Source of the DNA: an uncultured archaeon
GTDB lineage: Archaea > Thermoproteota > Nitrososphaeria > Nitrososphaerales > Gagatemarchaeaceae
Assembly (NCBI GenBank): GCA_963799775.1
Contig: CAWCYD010000003.1
Location: 96,001 to 160,000, forward strand
Length of the DNA: 64,000 bases
Direction of reading: 5' to 3'
In this document: positions 52,020 through 62,746 of the stretch, piece by piece
Layout: each line of letters begins with the position of its first letter
Position numbering within the stretch: position 1 is the stretch's first letter
Notes under the pieces: generated by a model
Told to the model about the DNA's origin: nothing
Database searches by the model: none
Seen by the model: the letters and a program-made list of their open reading frames with translations, nothing else
Program-made: the position numbers and the translations under genes

Positions 52020-54701
52020 GCAAGACAAACGAGAACAAGCAGGCTTCGTTCGCAAGCATCCACGTGGTGGGTCTGGGGGGAACCGGGACCAACGTCATCC
52101 AGGCTTTCATCGAGAGCGACAGGGCCTTCAATCTCCTGACCTCTGAAGATTTCAACATCGCCTGCCTCTCAGTCGACGTCGCCGACGCCGACATCGCGAA
52201 CCTGGTCAACTCCTACAAGAACACCCAGGCCAAGCTAGAGGCGAAGGGTGTCTCGGTAGACAGACTCTGGGTGAGGGGCCTGAACATGAAGTTCAACACC
52301 CCGGAGGCTCTCTTCGAGTTCATGGGCAAGTACAACACCTATCTCATGAAGGAGGGCATAGTCGCGACAAACTACAAGCCGTGGGTCGCCTCGTCCATGA
52401 CGATCCCGCCTCTCGCCGGCGGAGTAGGGAGGATGAGGGCTCTCAGCAAGGCCGTCTACGCCCTGAACTACTACCACTACAGCGAGCTCAACAGCGCGAT
52501 CTCGGTCTTCAAGGACAGGGTGCTCACGTCGAAGTTCCAGCCTATCGTCGTCCTCGTCTTCGGTCTCGGCGGCGGGACAGGCAGCGGCATGGTCTTCGAT
52601 TTTGCAAGGCACCTGCGAGCCAAGCTGGGCTCCTCGGTCCCGATAATCGGCCTCGCGATACTCCCGAGCGCGGCCGACGACCTCCTCGCGAGGGGGCCCG
52701 CGCCCTACAACGCGCTCATGGAGGCAGAGCTCCTCTTCAACAGGAAGCTCAACGAGCAGGTCGCGAAGAAGTACGGGGCCGCGTACGCCAATCCTTTCAA
52801 CTCCATGTTCTTCGTGCCTCTCGACCCGGTCTACAACAACAGGAACAACCTGGTCACCGCGAAGAAAGAGCTTGACGAGTCGATCATCGACATCCTCAGC
52901 ATGTTCATGAGGTTCGACCTCGCCGACCTCATGAGCAGGGTCGGCACAAACAACGACTTTGGGGCCAACTGGGCGCACACGATGGCGTACCTGCGCATCA
53001 GATATCCCGTCCAGGACTACATCGACTACATGCACGAGTACCTGAAGCTCCTGGAGACTCTGGGCACCTTCATGGAGGCGAAGAGGGAGGCGCTCACCAC
53101 GATCAACGAGGCGATGAAGAACAGGTTCGTCGCTCTGAAGAACCTATACAAGCGGAACCTGATCCAGTCCAACAACTACCGACCCGACTCGTTCGACTCT
53201 GAGGTCGAAGAGGTGATACGCAGGGCAGGGAAGTTCGAGGCAGAGTTCAGGAAGCAAGTCCGAGGACTCGAGGACTTCGCGCTCCACTACAACCAGAGGT
53301 GGAGCAAGGCTCCTCCAAGCGATGGCCTTCGGCCCGGAGACGGTGGAGTTCAGCGTCGTGCAGAGCCTCACGCACTTCCACCAGCAGATCTCGAACCTCG
53401 GGGCGAACTACGAGCAGTTCCTCAAGGACATCCCTCTCTACACAACCGAGCTTGAGAACAGCATTACGGCGAGCAAGTTCCTCACGTCTAGCCAGATCAG
53501 GCAGGTCAGGAGCTACCTGAGCTTTGTCAACCTTATCGCCACGTCTCTCGAGACGCTCAACCTCTACATCCGAGCAAAGGGCCTCGCAGACGAGGTCGCG
53601 GTCCTCTACGCGAAGGACGAGAGCAAGGAAGGGCGGATGGCTGCTTCAAAGGGCGAGACGGATCTGCTGCCTCTCTACAAGGCGGCCGGCTACATCCTCA
53701 ACCGTCCAGAGACCGAGATCAAGGTCTCCGACCAATACATCCCGGGCATCAGGATCGTCAAGAAGGGGTTGGACGACACCTTCAGGGAAGCCAGCGCCTC
53801 CCTAGAGTCTACCGAGAGGCTGCTAGCCCAGAAGGAGCAGGACATCTCGAGGCTCAACAAGGAGATGGACAAGATAAAGCTCGACGTCAGCGGGAAGAAG
53901 AAGCTATTGAAGCGCACGCAGGATTCGCTGCAGAACGAGGTGGAAGCGGTCCGGGCGGGGATAGAGGGTCAGAGATCAGACAGGGACAAGATGCGGGCAG
54001 ACCTGGACAAGCTGACCGAGTTGGAGAAGGCGCTCGAGATCACCTCCCCCTACAGGAAGATACTGGCGACCGTCGTCAACAAGACCTCCGAGCTCAACAG
54101 CCTGATGAGCGGCATCACGAACACAGGAAGCTACTACGAGAGGGTCGTGGAGCTCAGCGAGGTAGAGCAGGTCAAGATAATGGAGAGGATTCTCCGCGAG
54201 GACGAGGAGAGCCTCAAGGGAGACTCCATCCTCAAGGAGATAGTGGACAGAGAGAGGTTCCGGAGCATAGTGAAGAGCTACATCCGCATCTTCAGCGTCC
54301 CCAACTACCCCGGCCTCGCTGACACCTACAGGTCAGACCTGATCTGGGCCACCGTAGGCATCCCACCCGGACTATGGGACCAAGAGCTCCAGGGCGCGCT
54401 CACGAGCACGCTCAACGTCTACTCCAGCGTCGAGGCGAGCAAGAGCATCTCCCTTAGGCAGATTCCCCAGATGGACGCCTGGACGATCACATTCCTGGTA
54501 ATAATGGCAAAGGCCAGGATCGACCAGATAGAGAAGTTCCCATCCATGAAGAACGACATGGAAGGCGTGCAAAAGTCGGAGAGGCTTCTGTTCAGGAGCT
54601 TCCTGCTCGAGCAAGGGTTGGGGAGCCTCGACGAACTGATAGCGAAGTTCGAAGAGAGAAGCGCGGCACAGTCAGCGAGAGCTAGAGAAAGGGAGGCCTG
54701 A
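52016..54701 (+). CDS. Divergent tubulin/FtsZ-superfamily GTPase with long coiled-coil C-terminus (~890 aa), frameshift near 53310
   Basis: VVGLGGTGTNV, GGVGRMRALSK, VFGLGGGTGSG signature; heptad-rich region in ORF 53322..54701. Confidence 0.85.
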
Positions 54702-56962
54702 TGGACCAGATTGAGAGCAGGTCACGCGCACGGGTCACTGCCTACACCTCAGCCCTGATTATCGCCATCGCGTCAGCGGTATACCTGGTAGTCGTCCCGT
54801 TCCTTCCGGCAGCGCCCGTAGTCCCCGTGCTCGTAGGGGCCGGCCTTGGTGCTCTCTCCCTGAAGAACAGAGGGATAGCGATAGCGACGCTCTATCTGCT
54901 GTTCTACTTCTCTGTGCTCTGGCAGCTGATCGGCTTCGGCTTCTTCCAGCTCCTTTCTGACGGGATCGGCGTCGCGGTGCTCCTCGCGATGGCGGCGCCC
55001 CTTTTGCCTTTCATGGCCAAACGGGTGGAGCTCGGGTCGATGGCTCTCGCGGTCCTCGCGGTGGCGCTCATGCTCACTCCGGCGTACTTCGTCTCGGTCC
55101 CGCTCTTGGCGGCGGCCGCCTTGACCTTCGGCGGGTTCGCGAGCCTCGAGGCGCTCGCGGCCACGTTCATCCTGTTCCTGACCCCGTTCCTGCTGCTGGA
55201 GAACGCCTTGTACTTCACGACGAGCAGCGGCGCGACCACGCCGATCGTCTTCAGCCAGTTCTCCCTCCTTGAGCAGAACTTCAGGCCGTCGCTCCCTGGA
55301 TTCAACGTCCTTCTTACCGGGCTCCCGGCCAACTACCTCTCGCATTCCGCGCTCCCTGTCTCGATATGGCTCTCGCAGAACGCAGGGGTGCTCTTGATCC
55401 CGATCGCGATACTCGGGGTGGTCCTCGTCGCCTCGTCGTCTATCGGGGGAGTCGCGCGCACCCTCGTCGAGAGGTTCCAGAGGTCTAGGGAGATGACCGG
55501 AAAGCTGAAGCTCGTCTTGGCTCCCTTGGTGGTCGCCGTCGTCGTCCCGACCGTCTTCATCGCTCTCCTGCTGGTGCTCTCCCGTCCTGGCAGCGGCGGC
55601 TTCCAGACTGCCCTCAGCAACGACCCTTCGCACCTCCAGGTCGTCTACATGTTGGGTTCCTCGTTCTTGTTGACGACATCCTTCATCGGCCGCGAATCGC
55701 TAATACTCAGGCTCGAGAGCGTCCAGGTGGGCACCGAGGGGCTCGAGACGCTTCTCGGCCTCTGCCAATCAAAGCTGGAAGGCGTCCAGGACCTGATAGG
55801 GATCCTCTCGAGGCGCGTGCCATCTATGAGCCTCAGCGGTGAGAGGCAGTCGATGTCTGAATATGCGGCCTACATGGGCGACGTCCGCAGGCAGATAGTT
55901 GGGGCGGGCGGGGGGACGATAGCGCAGTTCCAGACCCAGCTCGAGGCCACGGTGCTAAAGCCGCTCACCGAGGAGCCAGACCATCTTCGGAGGAGGGTCG
56001 CGAGCGAGATCAGGGGACTTGTCTCCGCCACCGCCACCGCGAACAACCATCTGGAACAAGCCGAAGTCTCACTGAGATATCCGGACATCCAGGACATCTC
56101 AGACGACATGCAGCTCGATGAGCTGATTGGCGCGTATGAAGCGGCCACCTCGAGAATAAGGAAGGTCACAGGAGAGCTCTCCGACCTCTACGTGAGAGAG
56201 TCGGCAGCCCTCGACGTCATGATGGGCCAGGAAGAGGTCCACCTTCCGGTCAGCGCCTCGGCGCTCCTCGAGTCGAACGAGTACGTGGGCGCGATGAGAC
56301 TGGTGGCGGAAGAGTACTGGCTCAATTTCTATCTGCGCTGGGCGGAGCAACTGGATCAGAAGAAGTCGCTCCTCCTGGAGAACACGAGAGCCCTCGAACC
56401 CGCGGTCGGGGAGGAAGACAAGATCCGGCTCCATGGGATAGAGAAGGTCGTGGAGGCGGCAAAGCCTGCGACCTCGAGCGCGACCCTGGAGGGTCTGCGC
56501 GAGCTTCGCGCCATGATAGAGACGGTCGTCACGCAGATGGCCTCAGGTTCGGACAGGGTAGGACAGATGCTCGAGTCCCTCGAGCTCAAGTCGATCACCG
56601 GTGTGAGGTTCGAGACGATGAACAGGCTGAGCGAGGTCGTCGAGCTGAAGAAACGGCTCGAGAGGGTTGGCGTGACCTTCGACAGCCTCACGCGCTTCCT
56701 CGGTGACGCGGTGAGCGTCCTCAAGAGCCAGAGCGAGGCGTGGAAGACTGACCGCGAGAACCTGATCGTCCTCGCACAATACCCGCTGGCGAGGAAGATA
56801 ATCGAGAAGATGCTGAAGGGGCAGGGCAGCCTTGCCCTCTCGAAGCTGCCATACCAGAAGAGGGCGGCGGCCCTCTATGCCCAGCTCTACGCGTCGGCTA
56901 GCGCAGGGATAGAATACGACGTCGAGGGCGAGAGCCTCAAGGTGGCTGGAGAACATGGCTAA
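54701..56962 (+). CDS. Polytopic membrane protein with large helical cytoplasmic domain
   Basis: About 9 TM segments in the first 330 aa, then ~420 aa helical/coiled; TGATG coupling to the GTPase gene. Confidence 0.75.
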   Translation: MDQIESRSRARVTAYTSALIIAIASAVYLVVVPFLPAAPVVPVLVGAGLGALSLKNRGIAIATLYLLFYFSVLWQLIGFGFFQLLSDGIGVAVLLAMAAPLLPFMAKRVELGSMALAVLAVALMLTPAYFVSVPLLAAAALTFGGFASLEALAATFILFLTPFLLLENALYFTTSSGATTPIVFSQFSLLEQNFRPSLPGFNVLLTGLPANYLSHSALPVSIWLSQNAGVLLIPIAILGVVLVASSSIGGVARTLVERFQRSREMTGKLKLVLAPLVVAVVVPTVFIALLLVLSRPGSGGFQTALSNDPSHLQVVYMLGSSFLLTTSFIGRESLILRLESVQVGTEGLETLLGLCQSKLEGVQDLIGILSRRVPSMSLSGERQSMSEYAAYMGDVRRQIVGAGGGTIAQFQTQLEATVLKPLTEEPDHLRRRVASEIRGLVSATATANNHLEQAEVSLRYPDIQDISDDMQLDELIGAYEAATSRIRKVTGELSDLYVRESAALDVMMGQEEVHLPVSASALLESNEYVGAMRLVAEEYWLNFYLRWAEQLDQKKSLLLENTRALEPAVGEEDKIRLHGIEKVVEAAKPATSSATLEGLRELRAMIETVVTQMASGSDRVGQMLESLELKSITGVRFETMNRLSEVVELKKRLERVGVTFDSLTRFLGDAVSVLKSQSEAWKTDRENLIVLAQYPLARKIIEKMLKGQGSLALSKLPYQKRAAALYAQLYASASAGIEYDVEGESLKVAGEHG

Positions 56963-58000
56963 GTGCCCCAACGGCCACGAGCAGCGTCTGGGGCTCAGAT
57001 GCGACTCCTGCGGGGCGGAGATCTCGTACAGGCAGTCCGTCTCCGAGCTTCTCGAGCTCCCAAAGGTCAACCCTGATTATGGCAAGATCTCGGTGCTCAT
57101 GGTCGGATGCCCGAAGCTTGCTGTGAAGGCCGACTACGTCGGTGAGATTTCCGTCGCGCAGGCCGACGCCCAGACCTCGACCTCTTTCCAGGTCGCAGGC
57201 ATCCGCGGGGGGAGCTGGCTAGACTTTCAGACAAAGTATGCGGACCAACTCAGAAGATGGATGAATCTCGTAGGGGTCGGAAGGTCGAGAGACAGAATCC
57301 TCGTCGTCGACACCACAGACCCAATCGCGGTCCTCGCCCTCTCTGCTCTCCCGCCCCTCGATCACTCGGCGCTTGTGGCCATCGTTGCGGACCAGGACTC
57401 CACGCCGGTCGAGCAGAACACGAGCTATGTCGCCCTCTCGCTTGCCTTGAAGAAGGGCATACCCGTGATCGCTCTCTCCGAGACGTTCGAGAGGGAGATG
57501 CTATTCTTCACCGAAGATCGAGGCTTCGCAACCAGCGGTGACGCGCTCTCCAGGCTCCTCGAACCCCTCATCTCGGCGGCGGACGACCTGATGGACATCC
57601 TTCAGAGGGACATGAAGCTCGGCATAAGCATGCACTCCCTCTCTGCGATACTTTCCGGGTCGAAAGCTGTCTACGGGATCGCCACGAACGCCTTCCTCGC
57701 TCAAAGTTACGGGATATCGATCGCTGGAGAGAAGACCGACTACCAGACGGTCCATGCCCTAGTCTTCTCGAGGGGCGCCGACAGGAGCGAGTTCGAGAAG
57801 GGCTTCGTGGCACCTTCAGGAACAGGAAGTTCAAGGGCGCTCTAAGCGCGGAGTTCCGCTTCCGAGAGACGCAGTCGCAGCTCTACGACATGATGACGAT
57901 CTATGGCATGGCGAACAAGTCGGCGCTGCAGGGTATCTCGAGCGGATACCAAGCGATCGTCAAGAGCCTGCCTGAGCTAAAGGCCGAAGGGGTGTCCTGA
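56955..58000 (+). CDS. Zn-ribbon plus probable inactive tubulin-like domain protein, frameshift near 57810
   Basis: CPNGH..CDSC, then an alpha/beta domain; continues as RNRKFKGALSAEFRF...AEGVS* to 58000. Confidence 0.6.
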
Positions 58001-58005
58001 CTGCA

Positions 58006-58796
58006 ATGGCCGATACCACGGACCAGGGCCGCACACCGGCTAGCAAGTCGCGCGTATACAAGCTCGTCTCGGCATCTTACCGCGACCAGGCATACGACGA
58101 TGGCATCCTACTCCTTGATCCAGCCAAGAGAGAGATAGAGCTCCGGCAACTGGCGGGCAGGAGGAAGAAGAGGAGACTGTGGTCGCGAGGTTCCGGGCTG
58201 ATCCTGACGCCGAGCTAGAGGCTGACGGGGCGGCGCTCAAGATCTCAGACCTCTCGATCACGCTTGAATCGCCTGCCGTGGCAATGGAGATAGTGGAGCT
58301 CCTGGGACGTCCAGAGACGAATAGCGAGGGACTGGGACAGCTCGCGCGAGCCGAGTCGGCGGTAACCGGCTTTCTCAAAACCCGTGAGGAGGCGATGAGA
58401 TTCTTCGCGTGGGCGAAGGTCTCTCCCCGAGAAGCGCTCCTCAGCAAGGAGTCAGAGCTCCCGTTCGACACTACGAAAGACCCTCTAGATGTGGTATACT
58501 CCAGCTACTCCACGCGCCTGAGCGAGTCTCTCGACAGGATGAACCTCTCTCTAGGAGAGGCGGAAACGCTCCTGGGCCCGAAAGCGGTAGAGCGTCTCTA
58601 CGCGCTCGCCTACACGATAGGCCAGGTCCAGAACTCCTTGTTCGAGGGCCAGCCCGACCTCGCCAAAGAGGTCGGGTGCCTTGCAGAACTCGGCGTCGTA
58701 GCGACCGCCCAAGACCTCCGGGATGAGAAACTCGCCGAGGAGCTCATGCTGAGAGCCCACAAGGGGCTTGAAGCGATGATCCCCAGCGCTTCTTGA
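58006..58796 (+). CDS. Hypothetical protein (N-terminal beta/PH-like, C-terminal helical), frameshift near 58175
   Basis: ORFs 58006..58218 and 58179..58796 are collinear; 5 bp after the upstream stop. Confidence 0.55.
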
Positions 58797-58814
58797 GGAA
58801 GAGGGACCGGCCGA

Positions 58815-60070
58815 CTATCCAGCGGACGTCGTCGCCGGCGGTGGGGGCCTCGCGGTGGGCACGACGTTGATCGTCATCGCGGTCGTCCCCCTCATGATGC
58901 CCACGGCCAAGGTGTGGCCGACTGCGGCGTGCTCCTCAAGGTATGAGGCGAGCGCGTCGTGGTTGAGTATCCGGGTCCCGTTTATCGAGACTATCACGTC
59001 TCCCCCGACCAGATACGGCCCTCCTTCAACGGTGGCCTGCTTCGTCCCGGCGTGAATGCCCGCGGCGGCCGCATGGACTCCAGCGACGACGTCCTCGATG
59101 AGCACGCCGTAGGTCACGTTGTTGCCGTTCGCCTGAGCGAGCTGGTAGAACATGTCAGCCGTGCCTATGCCCAGGTACGGGTGCTCGCTGTAGGTCCCCG
59201 TTCGCTATCAGAGAGGAGAGCTCCCTGGTCACCGTGTCGGAGGGGATCGCGAACCCGACGCCGACCGAGCCGTTTATCGTCGCTGTAGTCAGACCGATCA
59301 CCTGCCCGCCGGAATTGAACAAAGGCCCGCCAGAGTTGCCCGGGTTTATCGGTGCGCTGAACTGGATGATGTCCGCTATGGAGAAATTACCTGCGGTGAC
59401 CTCCGTGATTGTCCTTCCGAGTTGGCTCACCACTCCGACTGTGAGAGAGCCCGTAAGGCCGAACGGATTGCCTATCGCCGCTACCGGGTCTCCGACTTGG
59501 ACCGCCGAAGACGGCGAGAGCGTCAACAGGTGGAACTCTGATGCGGGCGCGCTCGGAACCTTGACCACCGCCAGGTCGCTGTATGGGTCAGTCCCCACGA
59601 CGCTCGCCGGGTAGGAGTCCCCGTTCCAGAAGGTGACCGTCATGTTCTGTGCGCCGTCGACCACGTGGTAGTTTGTGACGACGTAGTTCGCTCCGCCATA
59701 GGTCATGGCGAAGCCCGACCCGAGTGACCTCCTCTTGCACCGTCTGAGAGCCGAAGAAGACGTTCACGTTGGCGGTGATGTACCCGTCTACGGTCACTAT
59801 GCTCTCGTTGGCGCTCGTGTAGATCTGTTCGGCGTTGATGCTCACGTTAGATGTGCTCCCTCCAACCGACGTCGAGCCACCGCTGCCTCCGCCGAGCGTC
59901 ATGGTCGCGGTGGAGGTGGTGGTCGAGGTGACCGTTTGCGCTGATGCGGCAGGCGTCCTTCCCGGAACGAGATAATACGTTGCGCCCGCGCCTAGCGCGG
60001 CAGCGAGCAGAATGAGGATTGCGATTCCTGCCACCTTGCCGGCACCTATCCCTCTTGACGGGTAGTCCAT
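58815..60070 (-). CDS. htrA: HtrA/DegP-like serine protease with PDZ domain, two frameshifts
   Basis: TM anchor, VTNYHVV, SDLAV, INPGNSGGPL, GDVIVSING. Confidence 0.88.
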
Positions 60071-60218
60071 TTTCAGCTTGTCTCTCCTGTGATGCTTTGC
60101 CTCCTCGAGTTGGGAGTTTATTAGCCCGATTGGTGCATTTCTCTATCTCTGTTACGCTCCATGTCGCATGACTGTGTTCTGCGGTCCTAATGGCGAGTTC
60201 CGCCGTCGTTCGGGGGCC

Positions 60219-60650
60219 TCAACCTTCCAAAGGCCCGATGACGAAGATAGCGACAAGCAGCATCGTCAGGACCAGCGCAGTTATCCCCACGTATGCGAGG
60301 TCTCTCTCCTCGAGGAAAAGGATTACAGAGACCGCGACCCTGACGATAGGGGTCGCCACCAGAAACAAGGTCCCCATCTCCAGTATCGCGACGGGCTCCA
60401 AGTGTTCGATTTCCCCTAGCAGGACCGACAAGTTCAGCACAGGCCGTCCGAAGCCGCTGGTCAACACGCCTTGCAGCGAAGGTGGAGAGCCCGAGGGGGG
60501 TGCAACCAGCACGAGGACCATGCCGAGCGCCAAGACCGTTGCGCTGAGGAGGGCCCGAACCTCAGGGTCTTGGCTATCGCGACGTTGAGGTCGACCTCCT
60601 TTCTCTCTGACCTCAACGAGCGGCTCCCATGTAGACCATCTCAGCCCCAA
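60219..60650 (-). CDS. DUF1634-like membrane protein
   Basis: GTLFLVATPIVRV; follows a TauE gene as is typical. Confidence 0.75.
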   Translation of the reverse strand: MGLRWSTWEPLVEVREKGGRPQRRDSQDPEVRALLSATVLALGMVLVLVAPPSGSPPSLQGVLTSGFGRPVLNLSVLLGEIEHLEPVAILEMGTLFLVATPIVRVAVSVILFLEERDLAYVGITALVLTMLLVAIFVIGPLEG

Positions 60651-61476
60651 AGGCGATCAACACGATGATGAACAAGATCCGGATGGAAGCAGGGCTCGAC
60701 CGGATCAGCAGTCTCGCACCGAGCAAAGAACCCAGGACCACGCCGAGCGCTGCAGGGGCGGCCAAGAGGACGTTGACGTAGCCGTTGACGTAGAGGATGC
60801 CCGTGCTTGCGGTCGCCGTGACGCCGATCATGAAGTTGCTGGTCGTCGTGGAGACCTTGAAGGGCAGCCTCATCATCCTGTCCATCCCAAGCACCTTCAA
60901 GATCCCTCCTCCCACCCCCAAGAGCCCAGAGAGGACACCGGCCAGGAAGATGACAGCGAAGCCTCCGGGGACCTGGGTCGCGGCGTACCTTATGGTCCTC
61001 GATAGGGCCTTGTCGTGGTATTCCCCTTCGAGCTTCAGACGTCGCGCGATGCCGCTCGGCTCCCGGACGACCTGCGATTCGTCCTGTCGCGTGCGAGCAC
61101 TTTGAAAGACGTTGTAAGCGGAGTAGAACAGGACGAGGCCGAAGACGATGAATATCATCCAGCTGAGGCCGCTCCTCACGATGTATAGCGTGGCCGCCAC
61201 CCCCACAATGGAGCCAAGGACGGACCCGACCTCGAGGAACATCCCTATCCTGAGGTTCGTTATCCTGTCTCTCACGTAAGCCGAGGCGGAACCGCTCGAG
61301 GTGGCGATGGTCGAGATGATGCTCGCACCGATGGCGTACTCGAGAGGAACTCCGAACCCCACTGTGAGCGCCGGGACGACGAGGATCCCGCCTCCCACTC
61401 CGACGATCGCGCCTATGAGCCCCGCGAAGACCGCGACGATGAGCATCAGGACTAGGTACTCATCGATGCCTACCAC
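60613..61476 (-). CDS. TauE/SafE (TSUP) family transporter
   Basis: GVGGGILVVP, SGLLGVGGG, TTTSNFMIGVTA. Confidence 0.88.
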   Translation of the reverse strand: MVGIDEYLVLMLIVAVFAGLIGAIVGVGGGILVVPALTVGFGVPLEYAIGASIISTIATSSGSASAYVRDRITNLRIGMFLEVGSVLGSIVGVAATLYIVRSGLSWMIFIVFGLVLFYSAYNVFQSARTRQDESQVVREPSGIARRLKLEGEYHDKALSRTIRYAATQVPGGFAVIFLAGVLSGLLGVGGGILKVLGMDRMMRLPFKVSTTTSNFMIGVTATASTGILYVNGYVNVLLAAPAALGVVLGSLLGARLLIRSSPASIRILFIIVLIAFGAEMVYMGAAR

Positions 61477-61549
61477 GAGCTCTCTTCTCGGATTCTCTCC
61501 CCAGCATAATTAAGCGTGAATTATGGAGATTGCACGCCGTCAGGAGTCT

Positions 61550-61849
61550 TTAGATCACTTCGATCGACGACTCGGAGAACCCGTGCTTGACTAGGATCTC
61601 GACCACCCTGTCCCTGTGGTCCCCCTGAAGAAGCACGATCCCGTCTTTGACCGTCCCTCCCGTAGCGAGCATCTTCTTCATCTTCGTGCCCAACTCTTGG
61701 AGGTCCTTCTCGTTCATCTTGAGCCCCTCGACCACTGTGGTGGGCTTCCTGAATCTTCGCATCTCCATCCTCACCTTCACCCTCGCCTCTTCCCGGTCAA
61801 GCTCAGCGACGATGTCGTCGAAGCCCTCGTCCTCCCCTGCGCTGCTCAC
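61550..61849 (-). CDS. sui1: Translation initiation factor SUI1 (aIF1)
   Basis: RRFRKPTTVVEG, LATGGTVKDG.I.LQGDHR. Confidence 0.92.
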   Translation of the reverse strand: MSSAGEDEGFDDIVAELDREEARVKVRMEMRRFRKPTTVVEGLKMNEKDLQELGTKMKKMLATGGTVKDGIVLLQGDHRDRVVEILVKHGFSESSIEVI

Positions 61850-62032
61850 TGGTGAATCACGGTGCTTCGTATTATACTATTAAGACTTGGGGTGGAGCCC
61901 CTTGTGAAAGTGTTCCCGCTTGCGACTCGACTCGCTGGCAAAGTGACCAAACGGAAACAGTTCATCGCCCGGAATTGCGGCCGCGCGCCCATATTGATTT
62001 ATTAACTGCACACAGGGTTCGCCGCAAGAGTC

Positions 62033-62145
62033 GGGCCCGTAGCTCAGTAGTCGACAGGCGACTGGGCAATCTGGTCAGAGCGACCGGCTCATACCAGTAA
62101 TTGGGAGACACCGGTCGGTCGAGCGTCCGAATCGCTCCGGGCCCA
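62033..62145 (+). tRNA. tRNA with CAT anticodon, probably tRNA-Ile2, with introns at 15/16 (62048-62069) and 37/38 (62094-62109)
   Basis: GGGCCCG/CGGGCCC-A acceptor typical of archaeal tRNA-Ile; anticodon stem ACCGG/CCGGT; BHB GCTC-AGT...GGGC-AAT around the first intron. Confidence 0.85.
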
Positions 62146-62649
62146 CTTCTTTTTCTCGAGTCGGTTCCGTTCGCACCTTGGTTCTTGGGTTAATCTAAGA
62201 GGGTGGGCGGTTATTAAGAGGACCAACAATAATTCATGATGGGTCATATCTTTACCCGGGCGGAACGGGCAAAGGGTGGAACTAATTCTTACATTAAGCA
62301 CCCGGAATTGAAAGTTCTCCACGCTCGCAGTCTAACTCATTCCTCCGAAATTCAACGAGCAAGGAGGTACGCACAATTGGAATACGAGGAAGGAATCGCG
62401 AATGAGCTGAGAGCCAAAGGATGGGTGGTCTTCTCGCCGACGGTTGTGTGTGACCGTGTTGGAGTGAAAGACGACAGGGTATTCTTCTTGGAATTCAAGA
62501 GAACGGGTCAAGTCCTACGACCGTCTCAACAATTAATACATGATATGGTTCCTCGAATGTGCAGGATTATCTACAAAGATTCCTAGATGGTCGGCTTCAC
62601 CTTGTGCGATTGAGCGAATGCGGGTCGAGCGTCCGAATCGCTCCGGGCC
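62117..62649 (+). mobile_element. Mini-islet bounded by a 27-bp duplication of the tRNA 3' end
   Basis: GGTCGAGCGTCCGAATCGCTCCGGGCC at 62117-62143 and 62623-62649; AT-rich interior with one ORF. Confidence 0.75.
62236..62586 (+). CDS. Small PD-(D/E)xK nuclease-like protein (VRR-NUC/Hjc-like)
   Basis: YEEGIANELRAKGW..VCDRVGVKDDRVFFLEFK...LRPSQ. Confidence 0.65.
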   Translation: MMGHIFTRAERAKGGTNSYIKHPELKVLHARSLTHSSEIQRARRYAQLEYEEGIANELRAKGWVVFSPTVVCDRVGVKDDRVFFLEFKRTGQVLRPSQQLIHDMVPRMCRIIYKDS

Positions 62650-62746
62650 TATCACCTATCCCACCGGTCTTTGGCATCAACGACGCAAAAGTGCGGCTGA
62701 TCTGCTAGCAAGCGTTTTATCGATAGCGAGCCTGATAATCGTCAGG

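Noticed and set aside
52016-54701. Calling the GTPase canonical ftsZ, or two separate genes
   Set aside because: Length, coiled-coil tail and operon context differ from cell-division FtsZ; the two ORFs overlap and join with a single indel.
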